NCBI RefSeq assembly: GCF_028641065.1
Contig: NC_073409.1
Span: 11,594,001-11,658,000 of the forward strand
Reading direction: 5' to 3'
Origin: Leucoraja erinacea
Taxonomy: Eukaryota
DNA length: 64,000 nucleotides
Below are positions 37,111-50,154 of the stretch, piece after piece. Position 1 is the stretch's first letter. Every line of letters starts with the position of its first letter. The translations under genes were made by a program, and so were the position numbers. A model generated the notes under the pieces. It saw only the letters and a list, made by a program, of their open reading frames with translations. It did not search any database and was not told where the DNA came from.

Positions 37111-39574
37111 GCAGGTGGAGGAAGTCATAGTCATATTTCCACTGCTGTGTTAGTTTTCCAGCATTTGGCCCCTGGCCCAGGAACTTATCACACAGATCCC
37201 CTCTACATCAATACTTTATTTTAAACAAATATTATCTATAGCTACTATGGGAAATATAGGTTATTGCAGAATACCATATCTATATTCATCATAATTTCAT
37301 ACACTTTTAATATGTCCCCTCTTAAGCCACTCCACTTTAGGGAAAACAGACCCAGCTTCAAATTAAGGGAAGTGGTGATGGAAAAGGTGTACGGGAGAGG
37401 AGGGGCGAAGGAAAGGTTATGGGGTACGAGAAGCTGGGGAGTATTGGAATGAGAAGATGGGGAGTATTGGAATGAGATGCTAAGAGGGAGGGATATGCAG
37501 GGAGGAGTATGTGAACTTTGTGGGATGTAGAGAAGGGGTGTACATAATGGTAGGGGACAAAGTTGCAGGAAGGGAAGGGATTGTGGAGGAGACATGGAAT
37601 GGAGATGGAAAGAGGGGAAGTGGTGTGGTGGAAAAGAGGTGGGAAGGAATTGTGGGGAGAGGAAGGGTGCGTGCAGGGGGTATGGAGAGGGGAGGGTGCT
37701 TTGGTGAGCTGAAACCCAAGTCATGATTGTGAGGATCCCAGTAATGGGTTTTGGTTGTCTAACATGGTAAAGTCAATCCCATCCCTTCAGGGTCTGATTC
37801 ATGTTAAACTCTGTGTTGTATTGTGTTCTTTTTACCCGTATGGCTGTATGGCAACTCAAATCTCACTGTACCAATTGGTGCATGTGGCAATAAATGTAAC
37901 CGGAACTAGATTGCAGTTATTGCTCAGATATAGGTGCACCATCAGAATCATTCTTGTAATTTGCCCGAGCCCTCCATCATCATCCTTGAGGTGTCCCATG
38001 TCCCATGGCGGCAGATCAGTGTGATATAGGTGCAAGGGCCTCAACATTGCCTCCAGGTCCCCAGTCTCATGACATCATGAGAAACATAACAAAGGAAACC
38101 TTCTAGTTACCACCCACCATTCAGCATTCCCTCTTAATTTGCTTAATGAGGGCTCCTCCATGTTGAACAACAAGATTTAGCTCTTAGGGCGAAGTGAATG
38201 AAGAGGTATGGGGGGAACAGGGTACTGATTTTGGATGATTAGCCATGATCATATTGAATGGTGATGCTGGCACAAAGGGCCGAATGGCCTACTCCTGCAT
38301 CTACTTTCTATGTTTCTAAAGCAGTACTGAAACTAGCAAAAGTACAGAATGTTGAACCTCTAGGGGCTGTCCACCCCCAGCAGGATTTTGTAGCACCATC
38401 CCAGACTAAACTGGCAGAAGCATGAAGGACGGAGTAGTCAGAATGAGTCGATAGCAGATGGTGATGATCCAACCTAGCTTTGTCCAATCCTGTCTATCTG
38501 TAGTAAATACATCTGTCCATGCCCACACTGACAGCTTCAACTGACAGACAGGGAGATTTCACAAATTTTACAATATTTATTTTACTAACTCCAGAAGGGC
38601 AATGGAAGTGGTTGGAGTGTTGGATTTAGGTTGACTGTCCTGCAAGGATTCTGGTGCCAGTTTGAACCATTGCTAGCATTATGTACAAGACCAGTGTCCT
38701 GGACGTTTAAGGAACAGCAATGGAGACATCTCAGGACTTGTATTTTGGAAGATTTGAAGAGCAATACAAGTGGGTCCTGCCAGAGCTCTCTACATTTAGA
38801 TATCAGAATATTTTTGTGTTACCTTTCACCTCCACCCTCAATTACCTCCATCGGTTACCTTCCCTCGGTACATCAACTGAATTTACTAAATTTCACCTCT
38901 TTTTCTGCTTCTTTGTCCAGTTTGGGTTGAATTTGTTCCGTTAAACTTTCCTGCCTTCCTCTTTCTGGTAGCCGAGGGTACAGCCCAGCTGCTCTTTCCC
39001 TCATTCTTATCAGTGACTCCATCTCTCTCTACACCTTCCTCAAAGTCACAAGCAACTTGCATTTATCATCCATCCCAAATCTTTTTCAAGCTTACTTTTC
39101 CAGCACATTGCTCTGCAGATTACATCTCATGTACCATTGTGGCATCCACACTAATGTAAACATAAACTCTTTTTTGCAGAGCATGCTAATGCAATGCTTC
39201 AAGGTCTTCTTTTGTATACTTCACCCTCCATCCATCATGCCTCACACGTGCCCAGTAGAACAGCAGTGGAAAAGCCCAAGATTCTGAGACTCTCAATGTA
39301 GACCTCTTCGTTCGAAACTCACCATTCTTTCTCACTTAAATTGTTACAACAAATTCCATCACAATTACAACTGCATTCTTTAGATATTTAATATTTTTTT
39401 ACAATTCTATTTTCTACTTTATAAAGTCACACTTACAGATTGAAGTATAAAAAATACTTCTACATTTATTCAAAATAAAACACAATAAATCTTTAAGCAG
39501 TTGTGATTCATTTGTCCATGGCTGAACCAGTGATTTGGCAAAAGGTCAAAGGTTACATACTCTGGAATCAATGG

Positions 39575-39730
39575 TCACATTCCTGGGTTCCTAGCTGAGA
39601 ACAGGTTGCAGTAAAAGTCAAAGTGCTGGTCAGTTAGTGAAGGTTGAAAACTCTGAAGAGAGTTCATGAAGTGCATTTGTGTCACTGCGGCAGCATCAAG
39701 CCCATTTTCTTGTAGAGACAATAACGCAGC
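39575..39730 (-). CDS. AFG2B: SPATA5L1/AFG2B exon 8 (last)
   Basis: tgacag|AALLSLQENGLDAAAVTQMHFMNSLQSFQPSL...RNPGM*; minus-strand AATAAA at 39465-39470. Confidence 0.92.
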   Translation of the reverse strand, partial: AALLSLQENGLDAAAVTQMHFMNSLQSFQPSLTDQHFDFYCNLFSARNPGM

Positions 39731-41489
39731 CTGTCAGAGGAATAAGAGATGAAAATTAAACATCTGACGACTCTGTGGTATAAGTTACAGGACACATAGA
39801 GGTGTCCGCACAGCCCAGGCCAGTCTGGGGACATAATCATGCCAAACTGGAGCTGTTGTGTCAGAGAGGGGATGGGCCAGAGGAGGTGGTGGTGGAATAA
39901 ATGGGACTGAGGGGCAAGGTTTTTGAGATCAAGAAGTGGGGCTTTCCCAAGGTTGACTGATTACACTGGGAACATTGAATGAACAAGGAAGTTGAAACCG
40001 AAAGTGAAACACAAATTCTTGCAACAATTCCAAGAAGTTCAGCAGCAGAGTAATAAACAAGTGCAGAGTGCAACAAACCGAACAAGAGTTTGGTTACCAG
40101 GTCAGTGCAGCTGGTGTCCTTCATCTGACTACTTCACTCTACAGATGCTACCTGACTCACTGAATTCCTCCAGCACTTTGTTGTCTGGTCGATAATCTAG
40201 GGCTGGACTAATCTCGTAATACAGCAGAGAGCATAAATTTATAAAATTGTAATTTTTCTCACAGGAGATAATGGATACAAACAGCTGATATTTAGTGTCC
40301 ATCCCTAACCATGCCTGAACTGAGGAAGCAGTTTAAAGTTGTTGGATCTGGATTCGTGGGTGACAGAAAGGGTGAGGACGGCAGACTTTCTCGCACAGAA
40401 ATTAATGAACCAGCTGTGATTAAGACAATTTGGTGGTTTCACTATTATCAATCCTGAGATTAATTTAATTCCAGATTCATTTAATTAATTAAAGTTAAAT
40501 GCCTTGTAGCCATGGAGGGATTCAGAGCATCACACTGAATCAATGGTCTGCACTCCAGATACCCATGCAATGGTGTAACCACTTCATGGTCATCCTCATC
40601 TACCTCTTCTGTACTAAATTCTGGAATGAAAAGCTGGAGTCTGTGCTGCAATGATTCAATGGGCTTGTGTGGTCAGGGAAGGAAACCTGGTGTCTTTACC
40701 CCGTGGGCAATGCAGTACCCACAGCAATGAAATGGGCCGCATTCCCTCAGTGATGACAAAACATCACATTGATGGCAGATTTATACAGTTACAGAACTCA
40801 GCAGCCACACAGAGAAGCAATCCGCAGATATGCATGCCAGGTATGTTCAGGTTAGTTTCAGATTTTCATCATCCGCAACAATTTAGATATATGCAGAGGA
40901 CTTCAGTAGATTTGCAAAGTATTGCAATGGCTAGAGGATGTGTTGTGATAACAGTAAATGCCTCAAGAAAATGGCTGTTTCACCATAACACAGCAGCAGC
41001 AATCATTGAGTTACACCACCTCAACCTGTGCATTCACCTCGGGTAAGCAGACAGTAGAGTTACAGTTCTCTTGCTGTGTTTCAGCAAACTGAATGCATCT
41101 GCCAATTTCCCCAACGATGTTCACATCCCACGTAAGCAGTTATACTGCCCCTGGGACGAGGCATTATAAACTAACGGCATGACAAACTCACCGCAGTGCC
41201 TGACGTCTGAGGACACTTATGGTTCCAACTCAGCATTGCTTTGCTAGTTTAAGGTACATGGAGCTCCAGCCTTGTCTGACCTGCACCACAATCCACATTT
41301 CTCTGTTCACTCAAAATCTAAAATGCATCTCTACTTCCCTTTAAAGAGTTTGTTTTTACATTTTTGCCCTTTCCCTGTTCGGCTGCCCTGATAATGACTG
41401 CCTGTAAACCCTCGCTTGATACAGAGAGTGAAAGACCTGGCCCGACTCCCAATCCGGCCACTACAAGCCCATGCTGTCAGCGCACTCAC

Positions 41490-41612
41490 CTCCTTGCACA
41501 AATTCTGTAAATCTGCTCCAGTAAATCCTGCGGTCGCAGCTCCTAGCTCCTTCAGGCACACGCCATCCAGTGGCGTTTTGGAAGTGCAGATCCTCAGAAT
41601 GGAAAGTCTTGC
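41490..41612 (-). CDS. AFG2B: SPATA5L1/AFG2B exon 7
   Basis: cgttag|ARLSILRICTSKTPLDGVCLKELGAATAGFTGADLQNLCKE|gtgagt; 123 nt. Confidence 0.94.
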
Positions 41613-42464
41613 CTAACGTGTAAAAAATGTTAATTAGTAACCAAGAAAAACAGTGTAGAGATGATCACAATGCAAATTGACCACTATCTAAACAATTTCA
41701 CTGAAAATGTGATCATCTGATCATTTCTTGTTGTTTTTGGAACATTATTATACACAGGCGCTGATATATTACTGTGTCAGTGAGGTTTGGAAATACTTTA
41801 TATAAACACAGGACTGTCCTAAGCGTGACATATAAATGTTCCAATTAAAGGCAGAAGTGTAGTACACCTTTATCCACAGCTCTTTGTGTCTTCAAAAAAC
41901 TCCAATAAATTGGCCACACGTGATTTCTCTTCCCTCCCCGTTGTGTTGACCTGATCATCCCGATTTGTTTGCAAGTGCTTTGCTATGACATTTTAATAAT
42001 AGCGTTTAACGTTTTTCCAATGACAGATGTTAAAACTGACAGGACCGTAATTTCCCTTTTTCTGTCTCCCTCCCATTTTGAATAAAGTACATTTGCTACT
42101 TTCAAAACTAATGCAACCGTCCCTGGAATTACGAAGTTAAGAAAAATTGAAACCTATGGGTCAACCATCTACTGTTTTTTAAGGGCTTTTCCAGGACACA
42201 GTGACCCATACGTCATCAACTCCACAAGTCGCTTGGATGATTGTTATTTTCCGACTTGCTCTCTGTTCCCGATTCTGGAATTTGAGCTATCTCTAATAGC
42301 TGCGCTCTGCAATGGTTTATCAAATGGTGGCCACTTCAACAAAACATTCAATGGAACTTTATTTATCCCAAGAGGAAAATTGATCTGCCAACAGCCATAA
42401 AAACACAAAATATATAAAGCATGAAATTAAAGTGACGAGTGGAAAGTACAGAAGTGCATCATCA

Positions 42465-42620
<156 letters not shown>

Positions 42621-44582
42621 CTAAGGGATAATAACAGTTCAATTATCCTCAAACAATAGCAACAGCGTAATGATGAAATATCATTGCTTAAAATCTGTCA
42701 TAGAATTACAAGATTATGCAATTCCTGCCTACAAGATTATTATATTTCGTAAGAGTTTAGGCATAACGGATCGAACCATGGGTTTCATGAAGTATAGATG
42801 CCTTTGTTTTAGAGGAGTGAGCACACAAACTTTCTCATTCAGTTCTATTTTAAATCACTTGGCCCTTTGTACTACATTTCTTGGTCTTTTGCTTTGCCGA
42901 CATGCATGCTATTCAGTTGTGATTATAGATTTATGTATTATTCATTTTGGAATTTTGCTATTGCTGGAATAGCCAGCATTTAGTGCCCATATCCCCATAA
43001 GAAAGTGGTGATGTTCGAACTTGCTGAGTTCTGGAATTCATACCTAGTAAACAAGTAAAGATGGTGATATAGTTCCAAATCAGGATAGTACCCCTGCTGG
43101 GGGGGGAAGCAGCTGAGCCGCTCCCTGCTCGTCCGCCGAAAACCAGAGACTGGGAGGATGGAGCCGGTGATGACAACAGATGCGACAGGCGAGGTGCAAA
43201 GCCGGTGGGAGAGGGAACCGTGGTCTGGATCACTGCGTACTCAAGGTCGGCTGCAGGAGGCACCCCCGGGGCATAAAGGTAAGACAGGCGAGGAGAGGGA
43301 CGTTGGGCCCAAAGAAGGCGACAGCTTGGGCCCGCAGCAACTTGCCTGGATTCAGCAACGCTCAAGAATTAGAGTAAGAACTAGAGTGCGGACTGGACTT
43401 TGAAAAGGGCGACAAAACATGGTGCATAATACATGCGGGCTCAGTAGACTATTTCTGTACACTTTGCTAATCAGGGTTGTACTGGCAATACTTTACTGCA
43501 TGCAAGAAAAGAATTTCACTGTGTATTTGCACGTGGCAATAAAAGCAGCATTGAACTCGCGTGGTGGTGTTCCACATGCCTTTTGCCCTCATCCTGCTTG
43601 GTGGCCCATGCTGCTGGTTTGAGGTGTGATTTAGGATACTCTAGGCAAGTAAATGCAGTACTGTGTGCAATTACAGCAGTTGTTCCAGCTTCTCCCTATC
43701 AAACAGATGAATACAACTTGGCTTGACTTTAATACAATGTTATTTCTATTCATTTGTTTTGGGAAGTAAGCATCACTGGCAAAGCCCAAATTTAGTCTGT
43801 CTCCAACTACCCCCAAAGTGGTGGTGGTGAGTTACCCTTTTAAATCACTGCAGTCCATCTGGTCCAGCACCAACACAAAATACTGGACAGAAGGTTCCCG
43901 ACCCGAAACACCATCTCTCCATATTCTCCAGGGATGCTGCCTGACCCACTGGGTTACTGCAGCATTTTTGTGTCTTTCCTTGGTAAACCAGTATGTGCAG
44001 TTCCTTGTTTCTACACACTTCCAGTGCTGTTGGGAAATCCCAGAAGATAGGCCAGCAATGATAAAGGACAAAACATTTCCTATGCCTGTCTTTCCCCAAT
44101 CGACATCCATGGTTCCTTTACCTCACCAGGTTTAAGTCCTGGAGCTCACTCACCAACAGCAGTGTGGGACACCCTCACCTGAAGGACTGCAATGGTTGAA
44201 GGCAGCTGTCCATCAACCTCTGAATGCTGACTTGCTAATGATGCCGTCTTCCCAAAAGATAAATAAATGAACAAAATAATGACAGCTGAAGCAAAGACTG
44301 AGACACAGGGATACAGTGAACAACCTCTCCTGCGTTCTTTTATTCTAGGATTCTGACCCCATATTCTTTCCAAAGCCGCTTTACTATCTTATCAACCTCT
44401 TTCTAGAGTCTGTTTGAATCAAATCTTTATTTTCCCAGTTCCAACAATCCATTTCAGGTTAATGTCGATGTTGAACCAATGTTTGACCAGATATGTTGCA
44501 TTTTACTCTTTTGATTACAAAAACGGGATTAAAATTTGCATCCGTCACACTCAACACACGTTTGGCTGCTTTAATCTTTCAC

Positions 44583-44816
44583 CTTTCTTGCCTGTTCCTC
44601 AGATTGATCCCCTTCACACGTCAGCATGCTCTTGCCAGTTCCTCTTCTCTCAGCCAGTGGGGATCCAATTCCATCCATCTCGTTGAGAAGGACAGACAGT
44701 ACTCGCTGCTGTACACTGTGGCCACTTGCAATGTCCCTCGACCGAGACCCAACTATTGAGTCAATCTCATCCAGGAACAGGATTGATGGAGCGGCAGCTC
44801 GAGCCTGGCGAAAGAC
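44583..44816 (-). CDS. AFG2B: SPATA5L1/AFG2B exon 5 (D2 Walker B)
   Basis: tgcag|[23 protein letters not shown]...[13 protein letters not shown]...QARK|gtgaaa; 234 nt. Confidence 0.93.
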
Positions 44817-45075
44817 CTGCACTCGAAACACAACAGGATGGAAGTGAGAGAAAGGATAGGGATGGGGCCAGCCAACCAGTCACACAGAACAAGCAAGCAG
44901 CTGGACAGTGGATGGCCAAATCTCCCCAAATATAAAGGGACTGTATGACATTATCACATTATGAGCATTGATTACCCAAGGAATATGCAGCAAATGCTTT
45001 ACTGCCGAAAGTGAGGTCCACGTTGCAACAACTCGCAACATAGCCAGCCCGGAGCAGAGGACAGTAAATGCTCAC

Positions 45076-45285
45076 CTCAGACAACGCCTTTTCAGAATCA
45101 CCCACAAAGGGGGAGAAGAGCTCAGCCCCACTGACCGACAGCAAGGAGCACCGGCAGCTGGAGGCCGTGGCCTTCACCAACGTGGTCTTTGCACATCCTG
45201 GTGGTCCATACAGGAGGATACCTCGACAAGGCCTCAGTCCCATCCTCACAAATGCTTCCGGGTACATCAGTGGCCACTCGACACT
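45076..45285 (-). CDS. AFG2B: SPATA5L1/AFG2B exon 4 (D2 Walker A)
   Basis: tggcag|[16 protein letters not shown]...[12 protein letters not shown]...[11 protein letters not shown]|gtgagc; GCAKT is typical of SPATA5L1; 210 nt. Confidence 0.95.
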
Positions 45286-45483
45286 CTGCCAGAAGCAATG
45301 CCAAAGTGGTCAAACTCTGCTGAGAGACAGAGAGCAAGAGGGAGAGAGACAGAGACACGTATAGACAGAAACACATACAGAAATCCCAGAATGATATGGA
45401 TGCACAAAGATAGAAAGAGCAGCAGATGGAGAATTAAATTGGTTTGAAGCAGATGGGCAAGGGGAGGGTTTGATGAACTTTAC

Positions 45484-45642
45484 CTGCCTTAGTTTCAACT
45501 TGATATCATCCAAACCTCCGACCTGGTCCCAGGGCACGGGTCTGAAGTCAGTCAGGCCAATGCTGCTCCGCAAAGATGAAGGGAACACGATCTTCAGCGC
45601 CTCCTGGAAGTCTGCCAGTGTAATCCGCTGCTTCACCGAGCT
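45484..45642 (-). CDS. AFG2B: SPATA5L1/AFG2B exon 3 (5' boundary slightly uncertain)
   Basis: [53 protein letters not shown]|gtaaag; first in-frame AG after the poly-T tract is AAG. Confidence 0.88.
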
Positions 45643-47067
45643 CTTCCTCAAAAAAAATCAGAAGTTTAGAAAATAAGTGATTTCAACAAACAAGCAATGT
45701 TGGAGGATTGGCAAAATACCTGGCATACTGCTAACTCAGGGTTATAGTACAGCATAGCATAAAGTAGATGGGGAGGAGGAGAAGGCTACTTCAGAGAACA
45801 TTGGCCTACAACAGTTCCCTGGTCTATGTAATGACCTGTTAACAAACCATTATTGTCACATTATACTTTATTGTCACATGTACCTAGGTACAGCGAAAAT
45901 CTTTGTTTTTGCATACAATGTACAAAGTGTGTAAAGTGCCGCCATGTAGTCGACAAAGTCCTCATTATAACCCAAAGGTCCCTCTCACCCCCCCCCCCCC
46001 CCCCCCGCCCCCCACCTGTTCTTGGCTACTCTCCCTGTCTCTCCTCTCCGGTCCTTCAACCTTTGTGCCCCATGGGGGGGGGGGGGGGGGGGGGAACGCC
46101 CCCGGAGGCTAAAAAAACCTCCAACGATTCCCAACTTACGTGGTCTGCCAGTACTAGTTCTGACCCAGTCCCATGTGTTTGGAGGTGGGATACTGTCGGG
46201 GCATTCCCACCCTGTGTGCAGAGAGCCGGCGTAACACCTATGTCTGGACATCAATGTGGCCGAATCCTGGAGCTTTACATTTATTTTCCAGAGCCCGTTT
46301 CCTGGGAAGGCTGGCATTTAATGCCCAATCCCAAATGCCCGAGGCGAAGATAGTAAATTGCCTTCTTGAACCACTGCTGTCCTTCTGGTCAAGGTACTCC
46401 CACAGTACTGTTGAAGAGGGAGTTCCAGGATTTTGAGCCAGCATTGACAAATGGGGATACACCTCCACGATGTGTGTGACTCGGAAGGTATCTTATAACA
46501 GGACAGTCAGTCTCTGGCCTGTTCCTGTAACCACTGTATTTTCATGGCTGTTTCTGTGACTTTCTGGAGACAGTGATCCTCCTCGGGATACTGATGGTGA
46601 ACGAGTCAACGACAGTAAAACCAATGAACATCACAATTGGGTTGCTCAATTCTCACTTGCTAAGATGCTAATTTGTGAAATGATTACAGGTCAGACGTTG
46701 ATAGGCACTGTCAGCTCACACCGGAATATTGTCTAGGTCTTGCTACATGAACTGAGCTGAGCTGCTTCTAATGGAACTGAACCAATCATCTGTGAAGTTG
46801 CAATGGAAAGTCTGCAGAGGCAGCTGAAAACATTTGAGTCCAGCAAACGGTTCTGAGGCAGGGACACTTGACCTGCGATAGCCTCAACCATTCTCCAACC
46901 ATCAATTCTACATCATTTTGCACGATTCTGGTTTGCTTAAATCTCACACTCACTCCACTGGTAGGTGGATGCCTCTGCACCCAGCCTCAAGGTTTCAAGG
47001 TCAGTTTATTGTCACATGTACCACTTAAGGGGCCTGGGTGTTTCTGGCAGTTTGTTTATCTCCATAC

Positions 47068-47253
47068 CTGGGAACTGCGCCTGATGACCTGCAGTGCGGT
47101 CTCTCGACACAGGGCTGTCAGGTCAGCCCCAACGTAGCCACTTGTTGCTTCCGCCAGCCAGGACACATTAACATCAGCGCTCAGAGGCATCGGGGCAGTG
47201 ACCGCTTCCAAAATGGATTGGCGTTGCAACATAGTAGGGACTCCGATTGTGAT
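47068..47253 (-). CDS. AFG2B: SPATA5L1/AFG2B exon 2
   Basis: ctccag|ITIGVPTMLQRQSIL...GYVGADLTALCRETALQVIRRSSQ|gtatgg; 186 nt. Confidence 0.94.
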
Positions 47254-48677
47254 CTGGAGGAAGGAACAGAAGTGGGTGACCGAGTCTGATGCTGAGTGCA
47301 AAAATGTAATCGTAAAACAACCGGCAAGACGGGATGCGACTGAACCAAGAAATGAGGAAGTCAGTGGATGCACTGCTGCAACCAGGGAAGGGGGCACGTT
47401 TACTGCTCAAACAGGTTGAATGGATGGAGCAAGGTGGCTGGGGCAAGACCCAGTTCTGATATATAGAAACCCAATTCTCCCCTCATTGTGTCACTAGTGA
47501 AAGTGGAAATACAGAAAACATGGTTGCGTGAAGAGCAGGACTGGCAGCAATTGTTCCAGGGTGGTGGTTTCGTAGGTGTTGGCGCTGGGAGCTTTGCTGT
47601 TTGTGATGCATATAAACAATTTGAATGGAAATGAAACCAGACCGATTAGCTTACTGATGACACAAAAACTATGGGAGTTTGAAAAACGATTCACGAGGAA
47701 ATAAAGCTGTTGGTGATGTGGGTGAAGAAATGGTAGATGGAGCCTAATACGTAGATGCAAGGTGTTGCACTTTGAAAGGTAAAATGCAAGGAGAAAGTAT
47801 ATAATAAATAACTGGGCCCTTAGCAGTATTGAGGGGATACAAATCCATAGCTCCCTGCAGATGACAACACAAGCAGACAAGGTAGTAAAGAAGGTGGAAG
47901 CATGCTTGTGTTGGGACATGGAGTATAATAGCCACAAAGTCAAGTTGCAGCTGCTTAAAACTTTGTTTCGACACATTTGGAGTATCATGTACAGTTCTGG
48001 TCACCACATTACAGAATGGATATGGAAGTCTTGGAGGACACAGAAGAGGTTCACGAGGATGTTGCCTGGATTAGAACGTATTAGCAGTTAGGAAATCATA
48101 TGACAATAAAATACTCGTGACTCATGAGAAACTATCATTGTGTCAAACTATCACATTCGCATCAATCATATGCTGGGAACTTTTCACAACTATTCAGTCG
48201 TAGGGGCAATGAGTTATATTGCGAAATATAGCCGTATTATTTTAGATGGGCAAACATCTCGGGCTGGACACACTGGGCCAAAGGGCCCGTTTAGGTGCTG
48301 TACTAAATAAACAGCATACCAAGTTTCACAGAACATTACTGGTTTAATATTTCTGACTCGAGAAATTGTTTACACTTTCCTCCGCTACATTTGAAATCAT
48401 GTTCCCCACCTGCTGCACCTCTAACTCGACCCATGTACAGGCAACCACTGGTCTTTGCTATAAGATCTTTGCAGGCAACCACTGGTTCCAGGTGAAGCTT
48501 GCACTGGTCTTGAATGCGACCAACGACTAAAGTAACCAACAGACTGGCCGGAGGGAGTCCAGGGGGAAAGAGGATCAGTCCCATCCCGAAGTCCCTACTT
48601 CCCTGGGGTGGGCTCATCCCGGCTATTGCTGTTTCCCCTCCATCCATACACCAACTCCCGCTGGACGCAACCCTCAC

Positions 48678-49757
48678 CTCCCGATCAAATCGTCCTGGCC
48701 TCCTCAGTGCGGGGTCCAATGCCTCGGGTCTGTCCGTTGCGGCCACTAACACGAATTGCCTGCGGTCCTGCCCATCGAGCAGGCCGAGGAGCTGCGCCAA
48801 CAGCCGGTGCCCGGCGCCCTGGCTCCGACCCGCCCTGCGGGAAAACACGGCGTCCAACTGGTCGATGAAGAGCAGGCAAGGCCGACGCTCGGCCGCAGCC
48901 CGCCCAAAGAGACGCCGGAGGCGGCGTTCGCTGTCCCCGGGCCGCGGCCCGAGCAAAGCTGAGGCGGAGGCCTCCAGCACCGTGGCGCCCAGCTCCCGGG
49001 CCAGGCAGTGCAGCAGCCGGGTCTTGCCCACGCCCGAAGGCCCGAGCAGCAGCACGCCCCGCGGGCAGTCCAGGCCCAGGCGCGCCGACGTCTTGGGGTA
49101 GAGGAGCGGCCAGGCCAGCGCCTCCCGCAGGGAGGTGAGAACAGGCTCGGGCCCCGGCCCCGGTGCCTCGGGCGGGGCTCGGCACTCGGCCCGGTACTGA
49201 TCCAAACTCAGCACCTCAGCCACCTGCACCTCTGCACCTGCCGCTAACAGAGCGGCCCCAGCTGCCGGTGGATCCAGCCAGACGACCTCGAGCTGGAGCA
49301 AGGCGCCGGGACAGGCCGAGGCCTCGGGGCCTGCTACCCGCACCACCAGCCCGGCGCTCAGGTAGACGCCCTTCAGCAGGCCGCGGATCAGCGGGAGGGG
49401 GAGCGGGGACGGAGGCTCCGGGCCGTCGGGCCGCGCCGCCACCACCGCCCGCACACACACCCGCCGGGCCCTACTGCAGCCGAGGGGCTGCAACTGCCCG
49501 ATGCCCAGGCTTAGGCCTCGGGCCGCGCTGTCGGGGAAGCCCGGGCTGGCGCACTTGGTGTCCAGCTGCACGAAGCCGTCGGCGCGGTCAGCCCGGGGCC
49601 AGGCGGAGCAGAGGGCCAGGCCACCGGCCACGCACACCCGTAGCGGGGCACCGAGGCGCACGGCCAGCGTTGCCAGAGCCCGGGGCCCCAGGCGGCAACG
49701 CTGCGAGTCGCGGTCCCGAGCATCGGGCGGCAACAGCCGCAGCTCCGGCCCCTCCAT
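48678..49757 (-). CDS. AFG2B: SPATA5L1/AFG2B exon 1 (N-domain and AAA D1); whole protein ~760 aa
   Basis: MEGPELRLLPPDARDRDSQRCRLGP...CSAWPRADRADGFVQLD matches the SPATA5L1 N-terminus; GPSGVGKT; DPALRRPGRFDRE|gtgagg; 1080 nt. Confidence 0.95.
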
Positions 49758-49820
49758 GGGGCCGTTACCTGGGTGATCGACTAGTTTCCGCCGGAAGCCT
49801 TCCCAGTATCCGGTCGGACG
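49758..49820. promoter_or_regulatory. Bidirectional promoter core between AFG2B and ARPIN, within a CpG island (~48600-50000)
   Basis: 63 nt between divergent ATGs; ETS/GABPA-type CCGGAAG at 49791-49797. Confidence 0.75.
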
Positions 49821-49921
49821 ATGAGCCGCATCTACAGCGACGAGCGGCTGCGGGTCGGCCCGGTGCATCGACACCGCCTCCCCGGCTGCTGGACCCCGGC
49901 CACCGCCACACGGACACCATG
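49821..49921 (+). CDS. ARPIN: Arpin (Arp2/3 inhibitor) coding exon 1; whole protein 229 aa
   Basis: MSRIYSDERLRVGPVHRHRLPGCW...|gtgagg; cf. human MSRIYHDGALRNKAVQSVRLPGAW; phase 2. Confidence 0.92.
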
Positions 49922-50154
49922 GTGAGGCTCGGGGGAGGGGGAATCTGGGGGCTGAGCGCTGCCCGCCACATACGGCCGCAGGCGGAAGATAGGACAAAAG
50001 ATGGACACAAAATGGGGAACAGGGGACAGGCAGCACCTCTGGATATTCAAGATTCTAGAGAGTTTATTGTCGTGTGTCCTAGATAGGACAATGAAATTCT
50101 TACTTAGCTTCAGCACAGAATATAGCAAGCATGAATACAGAACTGAAACTTGAT

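Noticed and set aside
40270-40790. Possible conserved non-coding element or ncRNA in the last SPATA5L1 intron (similar sequence at ~4180-4440)
   Set aside because: Resembles degraded SacSINE1/DeuSINE-type repeats and recurs in the window; function and precise boundaries cannot be supported without alignment.
48336-50036. 566-aa ORF taken as the full first coding unit
   Set aside because: Similarity to SPATA5L1 starts only at the ATG at 49757 and ends at the donor at 48677; the extensions are the antisense of ARPIN exon 1/intron 1 and intron read-through.
49163-50086. 307-aa Pro/Arg/Gly-rich plus-strand ORF and other overlapping ORFs at 48500-50100
   Set aside because: Stop-poor GC-rich CpG island, mostly antisense to SPATA5L1 exon 1; no recognisable domain.
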